NCBI GenBank assembly: GCA_020057505.1
Contig: JAGVFQ010000057.1
Location: 1 to 53,584 of the forward strand
DNA length: 53,584 nucleotides
Reading direction: 5' to 3'
Source: Patescibacteria group bacterium
GTDB lineage: Bacteria; Patescibacteriota; Patescibacteriia; JAGVFQ01
The position numbers and the translations under genes are program-made. Below, in pieces: positions 18,435-26,960 of the stretch (position 1 is the stretch's first letter; each line of letters opens with the position of its first letter). Below the pieces are notes generated by a model. The model was not told the origin of the DNA and did no database searches. It was given only the letters and a program-made list of their open reading frames with translations.

Positions 18435-19382
18435 CTACTTGCCTAACAAGAATGCGATCTTGCTGGCCAATCGCTTCGAATCATGGCGAGCGATTTCGCC
18501 CTTGGCCAAAAGGGGCGACGCTATGACGAGGCGTCCGTCATATTCGCCACGGATATCGAGCTCGACCGGATAGGCCTGCTCTTCCGCATACTTCGCGAGC
18601 ACATCCGGCTCCGGATCCAGGCTGTTGCAAACCACGAAATCCACCTTTCGACCGAGGTATTTCTCGATCATCTGGACATGGTCCGAGGCCTTGAAACCAC
18701 TCGTCTCGGCGAAGCGCGTCATGATGTTCATGACGTAGAGTAATTTGGCCTTACTCTTCTGGATCGCCTCGGGCACTCCTTGAACCAGAAGGTTGGCGAT
18801 GATGCTGGTAACAAGATCGCCAGGGTCGAGCGCGATGAGGTCGGCATCCCTGATAGCCTCGAGAACCGCCGGATGCGCTTTGGCTTCGGGAACGAGGAGA
18901 ATCTCCTCGAAAGGAGAGCTCTCACCGCGAGTGCCAATGGCATCTTCCGAACGATACCAGATGCCCGCTTTCGAACGAGCGACTAGATGGACATCATCGG
19001 TCGTTACCGGCAGCACGCGATGGTTCGGGGCCAGCTCCAGCCACTCGGAAATATCCAATACCGTATCAATGATGTTGCTCAATTTCGAAGAGCCGGCCGT
19101 GATGATGTTGCCGATCGAGTGGCCCTGAAGATCGCCTCTCTCGAATCGGTGAAGCAAGAGCTTGCGAATCCGGGGATCGTCCGAGAGGGGTGAGAGAGCC
19201 AAGAGGCAACGGAAAAGATCTGAGGGCGGAAGCACTCCCCACTCTACACGGAGAAGGCCACTCGACTTGCCGGAATCCATCATTGAAGTAATGGCAGTGA
19301 TAGCCAATTCCTCAATGTACTTCAAGCCAATCAGCAGGGTAAAATGTCCCGTGCCCCCGCCGATAGTGACGATCTTTTTCAT
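18435..19382 (-). CDS. YvcK/GlmR (CofD-like, UPF0052) family protein
   Basis: IGGGTG, DSGKSSG, PPSD, GHSIGN, TSIIANLLV, NIMT, RHD. Confidence 0.88.
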   Translation of the reverse strand: MKKIVTIGGGTGHFTLLIGLKYIEELAITAITSMMDSGKSSGLLRVEWGVLPPSDLFRCLLALSPLSDDPRIRKLLLHRFERGDLQGHSIGNIITAGSSKLSNIIDTVLDISEWLELAPNHRVLPVTTDDVHLVARSKAGIWYRSEDAIGTRGESSPFEEILLVPEAKAHPAVLEAIRDADLIALDPGDLVTSIIANLLVQGVPEAIQKSKAKLLYVMNIMTRFAETSGFKASDHVQMIEKYLGRKVDFVVCNSLDPEPDVLAKYAEEQAYPVELDIRGEYDGRLVIASPLLAKGEIARHDSKRLASKIAFLLGK

Positions 19383-19385
19383 GAT

Positions 19386-19688
19386 CTACTCCTTTCTTTC
19401 CGCTCCGATGCCAATTCCTTGGCTCCGGAGATAAGCTTTGCGTTTTTCTGCCAACTCCCTGCCTTCTTCCACGGTCCAATCGCCTGGGTAGGCGAAGGCG
19501 CAATCGGGATTCCTCATGCAGCCGCAAACCCACATCATAACTTTCTCGCCATCAGGGAAGGTCACCTCACACAACTCAAGGTCGTCATCATGACCAAACC
19601 CCGTGCAGCACACCGAGCATTGTCTCTTGGACCCTTTCTTCTCGATAGATCCCAAGACAATATAAGTACCGTTACGTTCCGTTAACAT
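19386..19688 (-). CDS. Cys-rich hypothetical protein (possible metal binding)
   Basis: GGAGG RBS before ATG 19688; CSVCC, CGC and C motifs; 3 nt upstream of the yvcK-like gene. Confidence 0.65.
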   Translation of the reverse strand: MLTERNGTYIVLGSIEKKGSKRQCSVCCTGFGHDDDLELCEVTFPDGEKVMMWVCGCMRNPDCAFAYPGDWTVEEGRELAEKRKAYLRSQGIGIGAERKE

Positions 19689-19747
19689 GGCTTTATCCTC
19701 CAAAATTGTTTAATTTGTCAAAAAACTTTCCTTTTATTTAATACTCT

Positions 19748-19789
19748 ATCTTAAACTAAATTTACAAAAAAGTCAAGAGCGGGTATAAT
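19748..19789. promoter_or_regulatory. Overlapping divergent sigma70 promoters
   Basis: Plus: TTTACA-17-TATAAT (19761-19789). Minus: TTGACT-17-TAAGAT (19776-19748). Confidence 0.6.
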
Positions 19790-19941
19790 AAAAAATATCT
19801 CCCCCCTCAAGGTATTAAGGACAAAAACAGGAGAACAAGCGAGAGCTTGCTGATTCAGTAAAATGCGCCAATTAAGAAAACAAGTTTTCGCTTGAACTCC
19901 TAATCTACCTTTTACTCCCTCCAAGGTAATCTTAAAAAATT

Positions 19942-21108
19942 ATGCTAAACCTATCAAATAAAAAAATTCTCGTCTTTACCGGCGGTGGGGTAGCTCCGGC
20001 TTTGAATCCAACTCTTTATGGCGTGATCACCGCCGCGAGAAAAGAAGGGGCTTATGTTTTGGGTGGACTTTACGGCTGGGCTTCGCTTTTGAAAAATGGC
20101 AAAATAATTAATCTTAATAATTTAAAAATTGATTCGCTCCAAGACGCCGGCGGTACTTTTTTGCGCTCTTCGAGAACCAATCCCCTTTCTCTCGCCGACG
20201 GGCTAGAACAAGTCAAAGAGAAAATTAAGGAATTAAACATAGATTCTATTGTCGCCATCGGCGGCAATGACACACTGACTGCCGCATATAAATTGGCCAA
20301 GGCGGGATTGCCGATTGTCAGCGTGCCCAAAACCATTGATAATGATTTGTCCGAAACCTACTTTACTCCCGGTTTTCCCTCGGCTGCCAATTATCTCGCG
20401 AACTTTACCAGGGAAATAAAAGAAGACGCCGCCTACGCGCTCTCAAGAATTTTCATTATTGAAGCTATGGGTATGGAAGCCGGCTGGCTCAGCCTATCAT
20501 CAATTTACGGCCACGCCGATGTCATCCTGCCGCCGGAATGGCAATTCAATTTTAACAATGTTTTAAAAACTATCAGTGAGCGCTACGAAAAAAATGGCAA
20601 TTATGCCGTTGTCGTCATTGCTCAAGAAGCGCACTTTGATGAAGCTATTGAAGCCAGAGCCGAAAATCAAATCGGTGAGCAATACGGCCATGTTCGAAAA
20701 AGTTTTATTTGTCTGTCATTGAAAGATAGAATTAAAAAAGAATTGGGCATTGATACGAAAGCCTTATACCCGGGCAATTTTCTTGAAACTGGAAAATCCT
20801 CGCCGTTGGATCGCGACTTGGCGATTAAGCTAGGACGAAAAGCTATTGAATTAATAAAAAAAGAACAATACGGTTTTATGGCGAATATTATCAGGCCGAA
20901 TAATCAAACAACAACTTTAAAAATTAACTCCATATCATTGGATAAAGTTATCGGCGAGGAAAATTATCGAAGACTGCCTGAAAATTATTTTGATAGAGAA
21001 AAATTTCTGCCTACCAAAAAATTCCTAGACTACATGGAACCGATTCTGGGTAAATACAAGCCAAAAGAAGATGAATATACAAAACTTATAAAAAAAATAA
21101 AGGGCTAA
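19942..21108 (+). CDS. Phosphofructokinase (PfkA family), PPi-type signature, divergent
   Basis: TGGGVAPALN, GGTFLRSSR, IGGNDT, PKTIDND. Confidence 0.85.
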   Translation: MLNLSNKKILVFTGGGVAPALNPTLYGVITAARKEGAYVLGGLYGWASLLKNGKIINLNNLKIDSLQDAGGTFLRSSRTNPLSLADGLEQVKEKIKELNIDSIVAIGGNDTLTAAYKLAKAGLPIVSVPKTIDNDLSETYFTPGFPSAANYLANFTREIKEDAAYALSRIFIIEAMGMEAGWLSLSSIYGHADVILPPEWQFNFNNVLKTISERYEKNGNYAVVVIAQEAHFDEAIEARAENQIGEQYGHVRKSFICLSLKDRIKKELGIDTKALYPGNFLETGKSSPLDRDLAIKLGRKAIELIKKEQYGFMANIIRPNNQTTTLKINSISLDKVIGEENYRRLPENYFDREKFLPTKKFLDYMEPILGKYKPKEDEYTKLIKKIKG

Positions 21109-21130
21109 CTTAAAAAGTTAGTCCTTTTTT
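21099..21130. terminator. Intrinsic terminator between convergent pfk and pfkB-like genes
   Basis: AAAGGGCTAACTT/AAGTTAGTCCTTT plus T-run. Confidence 0.65.
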
Positions 21131-21148
21131 AAATCCTCCTTACCGAAT

Positions 21149-22261
21149 TTATTTGGGATAATCTTTCCACCATTCAAGAAGCTTGGCCTTGCGCTCCTCT
21201 CGGGACGGAATCCCACTCCAAGGTCCGATATTTGCGACCTTGCGAGCCGCTATCCAGCCCGCCATTCGTAGACAAACCTCGATCGGCGGCTTCTTACCCC
21301 GCAGACAATAATAATAGACAAACGCCGCTAGGTGGATATCGCCCGCGCCAGTCTGATCTTTGGCCTCTACAGGAAAAGCTGGCTGCAATACCGGCACTCC
21401 GCCTTTCTCGAGCATTATCGCTCCATATTTGCCGAGAGTCACAATGATGATGTTTTGGCTGTAGCTTTCGAATTCCTTAATTCTTTCGTGGGCGTTTTCG
21501 GCGTTAAATTGGCCACCTAACAACCCCTCTGCTTCATCATCATTCATTTGGACGATACTGCTACGAGAGATAAGACTCATTAAATCTTGACGGTGCAACT
21601 GGCTCCGGATGAGCTCGGAGTTGGGCATGAAGACGCAAATCTGCGTACCGTCAAAAACTGCACCTACAGTTTCGAGATCCATCGGCTTCACCGACGCGGC
21701 AAAAACAACGCGGGGAGTGAAAGTGCGAAGCCGATTCAAAATGTCCTCACTAATCTTGTAGGGCGGCTTCTCACAAAAAACCGTCGATTCCCCCGTGGAC
21801 GGATCGCGAATTGAAAGGCTTAAGGCCGTTCCTTGGCGTTCAAACAAAAGCAATTTGAGTTTCCGCTCCAGCATCGCCCGCTCAAGGAACTTCCCTGTTT
21901 TGCCAGTGCCAATCGGCGCGACCACACCGATATCGGAAATGCCGAGAGAATTGAGAGTGAAGGCAATATTAATACTGCTACCCGCTGGAAACCGACGGGA
22001 AGTTTCGGCTTTCACTGCTATTGTGATTTTATCGCCGCCTTCTGATGTGATCTCAAAGGTTTCATCGCCTTCCCCTGAAGGATAACGCTCAATCGATCGG
22101 ACAACAGCCTTCCTGCCGACTGAAAAATCAAAACCGTCGGCATCAGGTGCGGGAAGCTTGGCAACTGCTGATATTTCCTCGTTTACTGATGGACCGACGG
22201 CCACAAGGCATTTTTCAACGCCTCTGGTGAATGTTAACAATCCGTCATGGCAGATTTCCAT
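21149..22261 (-). CDS. PfkB/ribokinase family carbohydrate kinase
   Basis: NDDEA, VTLGKYGA, DQTGAGD anion-hole motif; AGGAG RBS. Confidence 0.85.
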   Translation of the reverse strand: MEICHDGLLTFTRGVEKCLVAVGPSVNEEISAVAKLPAPDADGFDFSVGRKAVVRSIERYPSGEGDETFEITSEGGDKITIAVKAETSRRFPAGSSINIAFTLNSLGISDIGVVAPIGTGKTGKFLERAMLERKLKLLLFERQGTALSLSIRDPSTGESTVFCEKPPYKISEDILNRLRTFTPRVVFAASVKPMDLETVGAVFDGTQICVFMPNSELIRSQLHRQDLMSLISRSSIVQMNDDEAEGLLGGQFNAENAHERIKEFESYSQNIIIVTLGKYGAIMLEKGGVPVLQPAFPVEAKDQTGAGDIHLAAFVYYYCLRGKKPPIEVCLRMAGWIAARKVANIGPWSGIPSREERKAKLLEWWKDYPK

Positions 22262-22407
22262 GGTCGTTCTCCTTGTTTTATTCCAAATTTTTACTTATTT
22301 TTTTGTCAAAAAGCTATATGGCAGATTACCATAATTAATAAAAAAAGTCAAGCTAAAAATGAATAAAAAATCGCTCAATAATTATTGAGCGATTTAAAGA
22401 CAGAAGT

Positions 22408-22686
22408 TTAGAGACACCGGGTCTCCATGATTTTGAACCGTTTTCTAAACTCCCTGGCAGGCAAAATTTCGGGGAATTTGCCATTGCCGTTTCTAGGAGT
22501 CGCAACAACGACTTTTTTTGCCCTATCCCCAAACACCCCCACGCAACCTGATCTTCTGAGTCTCGCCCGTTCCAAACTATTGCAAGGATAATTGCCGTCA
22601 TAGCAGCGATATTGACCACGAAATTCTCCATTTTTTTCCTGCCAATAAACTACAAACAATTCCGTTGCTTCGTTGCGATTTGCCAT
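22408..22686 (-). CDS. Hypothetical protein (92 aa) downstream of an attenuator
   Basis: AAGGAGGAAACAAATG strong RBS and start. Confidence 0.65.
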   Translation of the reverse strand: MANRNEATELFVVYWQEKNGEFRGQYRCYDGNYPCNSLERARLRRSGCVGVFGDRAKKVVVATPRNGNGKFPEILPAREFRKRFKIMETRCL

Positions 22687-22745
22687 TTGTTTCCTCCTTA
22701 ATGCGTTTAAATTTTAAAGGACAAGTGTCCTCTTGATTTTTATAC

Positions 22746-22778
22746 AAAATAAAACCAGTCCCGAGGGCGGGACCGGTT
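22746..22778 (-). terminator. Attenuator terminator
   Basis: AACCGGTCCCG-CCCT-CGGGACTGGTT followed by TTATTTT. Its CCGCCCTC can alternatively pair with GAGGGCGG at 22825-22832. Confidence 0.8.
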
Positions 22779-22801
22779 GCGTGTTTTATCTTATCTTTTT
22801 A

Positions 22802-22927
22802 TCAATCTCTTAACGCAAAACCTTCCGCCCTCTTGGGCTGGCTAATAATGATAATAATGAAAATAATACCCGAGAATATTTCCAGGGCTTCGAAGGTAAT
22901 TAATTGTATCAGTTTATCTAATTCCAT
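22802..22927 (-). CDS. Putative Ile-rich leader peptide (41 aa; not in ORF track)
   Basis: MELDKLIQLITFEALEIFSGIIFIIIIISQPKRAEGFALRD*; 7 Ile in 8 codons directly before the antiterminator strand. Confidence 0.65.
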   Translation of the reverse strand: MELDKLIQLITFEALEIFSGIIFIIIIISQPKRAEGFALRD

Positions 22928-22935
22928 ATGCAGAC

Positions 22936-22964
22936 ATCTTATACTAAATTTAAATACTTGTCAA
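22936..22964 (-). promoter_or_regulatory. sigma70 promoter for the leader peptide/attenuator
   Basis: TTGACA-17nt-TAAGAT on the minus strand. Confidence 0.7.
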
Positions 22965-22973
22965 ATAATATCC

Positions 22974-23666
22974 TTATTTTATCGGGAGAGTAATAATTTG
23001 GGCCGAATCAATAATTTTTTGAGCCAGATCTCTATTTTGATTGAACTCTGAATCGACTATTTGCACGGCCAAAGAATACACTTTATTCTCTGTTTTATTT
23101 TTAACCAAAAAATCCTTTGAAAGCATATGGACAATAAATCCGTCCACGGCGTAAGTCAATTCCATATTGGCCACAGTATCGCCCACGTCTTGTTTTAAAA
23201 TCTGGAGATTCCTCACCTTAGTCGACTCTTCTTTGATATCATCGGCGATAATGGTTTTCAAATCTTTCTTAGCATCAGCGGTTGTCTCTATGGCCATCAA
23301 TTGCATGAATTCATTGTCCGTTTCCATGAGTAAAAGTTTGACATTCGGCGGGAAGCTATCCTTTGGCAAAACTTCCGCCTTGATTTCCGACCAATCGGGA
23401 TATGCAAAAGTAAAACCGTCCGGCCCGTAAAATTTAATCAGATTATCCTGCTTGGTCTCAAGGGTATTGATGGTGCCGGACTGCATGGTGAGTATCAATT
23501 CATTTTGGATCCTGAGCCAAATCAAGAGATAATAGCTCGTGGCGAAGAAAATTATTATTACGGCCAGGAGCAGCAACGAATAAAAATCATCGAATACTTT
23601 TCCTCGAATATTCTTAATCAATTTTTGAATTTTTTTGCTTAATCTTTGTTTTTTAGGCCTCCTCAT
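22974..23666 (-). CDS. Hypothetical membrane-anchored protein (PsbP-like extracellular domain possible)
   Basis: Basic N-terminus, one TM helix, FTFAYPDW, C-terminal KIIDS. Confidence 0.65.
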   Translation of the reverse strand: MRRPKKQRLSKKIQKLIKNIRGKVFDDFYSLLLLAVIIIFFATSYYLLIWLRIQNELILTMQSGTINTLETKQDNLIKFYGPDGFTFAYPDWSEIKAEVLPKDSFPPNVKLLLMETDNEFMQLMAIETTADAKKDLKTIIADDIKEESTKVRNLQILKQDVGDTVANMELTYAVDGFIVHMLSKDFLVKNKTENKVYSLAVQIVDSEFNQNRDLAQKIIDSAQIITLPIK

Positions 23667-23679
23667 GTATCAAAAATTA

Positions 23680-23937
23680 TTATTTAGACAATTGCTTGTC
23701 GCCGGCTTTCATTCGGCTAAAAACATAGAGATAAAGTATCTCTAGGATGCCCAAAGTATTCACGACTAAGAGAATAATAAACCAGGCATAGCTATTTTTT
23801 TGCGCAGCACGCCAGAGAGCCATACCCTTCCAAATAATAGACCAAATAAATATAAGCGCCAAAATGATAAACCAAAAAATCTGCATCTCGCCAGAGACGG
23901 TTGGAGCAAAAGGCGGCAAATTCAATAGACTGAACAT
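23680..23937 (-). CDS. DUF5652-type small membrane protein
   Basis: WSIIWKGMALWRAA...WFIILLVVNTLGILEILY. Confidence 0.8.
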   Translation of the reverse strand: MFSLLNLPPFAPTVSGEMQIFWFIILALIFIWSIIWKGMALWRAAQKNSYAWFIILLVVNTLGILEILYLYVFSRMKAGDKQLSK

Positions 23938-24050
23938 AAAAATTATATTTAATTAGCGATTACGCAAAGAAGTGATTTTCTTCCCCCGCTTTTTTTGATG
24001 TTTTCGATTAGCTATTCTTGTTTTTTTGTCCATAAAAAAATTAAAATAAT

Positions 24051-24392
24051 TTATATTCGCTTGATTGAACTATTGGAAATCCAAGATACGAGCGTGAGAA
24101 TTAATCCAGCGACAAAGGCCGGCCAAAAACCCGCGACATAAAAACCCTTAATAAAAGTCGAGACAAACCAAATCAGAAAGGCATTAATTACTAAAACAAA
24201 CAATCCCAGAGTAACAATATTGATAGGTAAGGTGAGAATAATCAGAATCGGCCTCACGAGAGCGTTCATAATACCCAAAACCAAAGCCACGATAAGCGCG
24301 GTATAGAAATTATTCACGCTAAATCCGGGAATAATATATGGCAGGATTAAAATTGTTAAGGCGTTGATCAACCAACGTAAAAGGATTGACAT
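24051..24392 (-). CDS. 4-TM phage-holin-like (YvlD) membrane protein
   Basis: NALVRPILIILTLPINIVTLGLFVLVINA signature. Confidence 0.88.
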   Translation of the reverse strand: MSILLRWLINALTILILPYIIPGFSVNNFYTALIVALVLGIMNALVRPILIILTLPINIVTLGLFVLVINAFLIWFVSTFIKGFYVAGFWPAFVAGLILTLVSWISNSSIKRI

Positions 24393-24485
24393 AGTTTTAG
24401 AATTTAAAATTTTTAATTTTTAAATAAATTTCTAATGAATTAATTTTTAAAAATTATAAAATTAAAACATTATTTAAAAATTAAA

Positions 24486-24866
24486 TTAAATCATTTTTTC
24501 AAGTTCTTGCCTTATATCATCGGGAATCGGTATCTTTTTCCCCGTAGGGCTCACGCCCGGATAGCGCCAAGCCGAAATAATTCTAACCTTGGAAATACCG
24601 CCGCTAAGGCCAAAAGATGGCTTATCTTTTACCGACTGATACATCAACCAAATCTCTTGGCGCCAAACTGGCTTGCCCGTGATAATCTTTACAGAAGCGG
24701 GCTGCATCAAAGCGATAGTGTTGGGCGCGACACCTTCTTCTTTTCTCTGCGGCTTCCGTAAAATCTTTTTCACTCGGCTCGGCGACAAGCCATAAAATTT
24801 CATTTTGGCCTTTGCGTGCTCGGTCCAAATAATATTTTCATCTTTACGGGGGAATTTGATATTCAT
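24486..24866 (-). CDS. Hypothetical protein (DUF4258/RelE-like fold possible)
   Basis: WTEHAKAKM...IISAWRYPG pattern. Confidence 0.6.
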   Translation of the reverse strand: MNIKFPRKDENIIWTEHAKAKMKFYGLSPSRVKKILRKPQRKEEGVAPNTIALMQPASVKIITGKPVWRQEIWLMYQSVKDKPSFGLSGGISKVRIISAWRYPGVSPTGKKIPIPDDIRQELEKMI

Positions 24867-24872
24867 AAAAAT

Positions 24873-25040
24873 CTACTCTTCAATTTCTTCTTCATCTCCC
24901 AGCAAATTTTCCGCTACTATATCTTTGTGCTTAGGTTTGTGAATTACTTTTTTTCTCTTTTTTGCCGGAAGATTTTCCTTTAGCGCTTGGCAAACAGCGC
25001 ATCCTTCAAGATATTCTTCTTCTTTTTTCTTTTTAATCAT
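24873..25040 (-). CDS. Small charged hypothetical protein (55 aa; not in ORF track)
   Basis: MIKKKKEEEYLEGCAVCQALKENLPAKKRKKVIHKPKHKDIVAENLLGDEEEIEE*; fills the gap and ends 6 nt before the next start. Confidence 0.55.
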   Translation of the reverse strand: MIKKKKEEEYLEGCAVCQALKENLPAKKRKKVIHKPKHKDIVAENLLGDEEEIEE

Positions 25041-25103
25041 ATGTTTATAATCTAATTTTATATTTTAATTATACCACCTTTTTAATACTATATAAACAGC
25101 TAA

Positions 25104-26099
25104 TTAACTAGCCAACTGACCGCAGGCCGCTTTGATCCCCCGGCCGAAACGATATCGTTCAGCGACTTCAATATCTTTTTTCTCCAAAATCTGTTTGAAT
25201 CTTTTGATGGTTTCGGGCTTAGAAGGCTTAAATACCGCTGTGGCATTATAGGCAATGAGATTAACAAAACAAAGCGGTTTAGGCATTTTATTAATGAGCA
25301 TGGCCAGTTCTCGCGCCTCTTCGTCGCCATCGTTGACGTTCTGAATCATAATATATTCAAACATCACTTTGCGGTTGGTTTTTTCTATATATTTATCTAC
25401 CGCCGCCATAATCATTTCAATCCGATATTTCTTGTCGATAGGCATGATTTTGGAGCGGAGATTGTTATTCGGCGCGTGGAGTGAAATCGCAAGATTGACT
25501 TGCAGCGGCTCATCGGATAATTTTTTAATCCCCGGCACAATGCCAGCCGTAGAAATGCTAATATGCCGCGCGCCAATATTTAGCCCGTCTTTTGCATTCA
25601 AAATTCTCACCGCTTCCAGAACATGGTCATAATTCAAAAATGGTTCACCCATACCCATAAAAACAACATTACTCACTCTTTCGTCCATTTTTTTGAGATA
25701 CCTGGAAAAATACAAAACCTGCTCCACCATCTCCGGTGCGTTAAGATTTCTTTTGAAGCCCATCTTGCCCGTGGCGCAAAACAAACAGCCGAGCGGACAG
25801 CCGACTGCCGACGAAACGCAAACCGTATTCCGACCGTCGCCGTGGCGCATCAAAACCGATTCCACTTTCAAGCCGTCGGTGAGGGTTAATAAAATTTTAA
25901 GCGAATCGTCCTCGGACTTAAAAGTTTCCGCGGTGATCGTAAGCGGACATTCTTGGTTTAGCTTTTCCCGCCAATCCAAAGAAAAATTAGTCGCCTCAGA
26001 CCAATCATTGATTAAATTCTTATAAATCATCTCTTTGGCTTGCCGCAAACGGAATGCCGGCTCGTCTTTTAAAGTTTTTTCCAAATTATTCAAATTCAT
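25104..26099 (-). CDS. rlmN: 23S rRNA/tRNA m2A methyltransferase RlmN (radical SAM)
   Basis: CVSSAVGCPLGCLFC, FMGMGEP, ISLHA, AACGQL. Confidence 0.94.
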   Translation of the reverse strand: MNLNNLEKTLKDEPAFRLRQAKEMIYKNLINDWSEATNFSLDWREKLNQECPLTITAETFKSEDDSLKILLTLTDGLKVESVLMRHGDGRNTVCVSSAVGCPLGCLFCATGKMGFKRNLNAPEMVEQVLYFSRYLKKMDERVSNVVFMGMGEPFLNYDHVLEAVRILNAKDGLNIGARHISISTAGIVPGIKKLSDEPLQVNLAISLHAPNNNLRSKIMPIDKKYRIEMIMAAVDKYIEKTNRKVMFEYIMIQNVNDGDEEARELAMLINKMPKPLCFVNLIAYNATAVFKPSKPETIKRFKQILEKKDIEVAERYRFGRGIKAACGQLAS

Positions 26100-26114
26100 A
26101 ATTGATAAATTTAA

Positions 26115-26172
26115 CCTCCCCCTTGCCCCCTCATAATTCCTTTTCTGAAATTATGAGGTCGTAAGGAGGGGT
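26115..26172. repeat. C-run/G-run palindromic element interrupted by a second hairpin
   Basis: CCTCCCCCTTGCCC[CCTCATAATTCC...AAATTATGAGG]TCGTAAGGAGGGG; related to the element at 53046-53109. Confidence 0.5.
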
Positions 26173-26173
26173 T

Positions 26174-26803
26174 TTATTTTTTAAAATTTTTTCCTTCAAT
26201 AACGATGAGCGCGTGAAAATCCTGATAAAGCCGATAATCTTTTTTAAGCTTTGATTCGAACAATTTTTGCAAATAAGCGTAATCCATATTATATGCCAAT
26301 CTATATCTTTTGGCAAGGCGTCGGGTATATTCATCGATGACAAATATCGGCTTGTCCAAAGCGTAGAGCAAAATGCTATCCGCCGTTTCCGGACCAATGC
26401 CTTTGAGGCTCAAAAATTCTTTTCGCAATTTTTCCAGTGGCTGAACACTAAAATAGTTCGCTATTTTATTTTTTTCACAAATAAATTTTGCGAAATAAAA
26501 AAGATAATTGGCTTTCTGCTGATAAAACCCCGACGGCCGAATAAGGGCGGCTAATTCTTGAATGTCTTTTTTACCAAGCGCGCAAATGGCGGAAATTTTC
26601 GCCTTGCGGGCCTTTTTCAGATTATCCATCGCCAGATCAACGTTCTTCCAATTCGCCTGTTGGGTCAAAATCGCGCCCACCATTACTTCTTCCCTTTCCG
26701 CTTTCGTCTTCGGCCGCCGGCACCAAAGTTGCCATTGGTCTTGCGGCTTGCCATGCTTTTTTCTTAAATCTTTATACAACTTATAAATTTTATTTTGTTT
26801 CAT
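26174..26803 (-). CDS. Endonuclease III-related HhH-GPD protein (no Fe-S cluster motif)
   Basis: GAILTQQANWKNV, IRPSGFY, KGIGPETADSILLYA, VIDEYTRR, FHALIV. Confidence 0.88.
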   Translation of the reverse strand: MKQNKIYKLYKDLRKKHGKPQDQWQLWCRRPKTKAEREEVMVGAILTQQANWKNVDLAMDNLKKARKAKISAICALGKKDIQELAALIRPSGFYQQKANYLFYFAKFICEKNKIANYFSVQPLEKLRKEFLSLKGIGPETADSILLYALDKPIFVIDEYTRRLAKRYRLAYNMDYAYLQKLFESKLKKDYRLYQDFHALIVIEGKNFKK

Positions 26804-26830
26804 AAATAAAAAATATCACCTTATGGTTTT

Positions 26831-26948
26831 TGTCGCCCTTCGAAAACCTTCCATCTACGTTTGGACTTCGGCGGACAGACAGGGTGACAAAAATATTCCA
26901 CGAACGTCGGAAGAGTAAATGTCATGGTGAGGCTCTCGAACCACGACA
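26831..26948. repeat. Two inverted TGTC...CTTCGA...GACA REP-like units, the first interrupted by a 30-bp hairpin insert
   Basis: TGTCGCCCTTCGAAAACCT[26850-26879]CAGGGTGACA and TGTCATGGTGAGGCTCTCGAACCACGACA (26920-26948). Confidence 0.65.
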
Positions 26949-26960
26949 TTTGTCGTCAGC

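Noticed and set aside
22833..23051. Plus-strand 72-aa ORF and the alternate-frame ORF 22353-22631
   Set aside because: The first is antisense to the promoter, leader and terminator arrangement. The second overlaps the frame that has the strong RBS.
23949..24033. 27-aa basic ORF MDKKTRIANRKHQKKRGRKSLLCVIAN
   Set aside because: Too short to support. It may be a real or decayed small protein, but there is no recognisable motif.
24051..24392. Prophage inferred from the holin-like gene
   Set aside because: YvlD-type proteins are common chromosomal genes; no phage structural, lysin or terminase genes are nearby.
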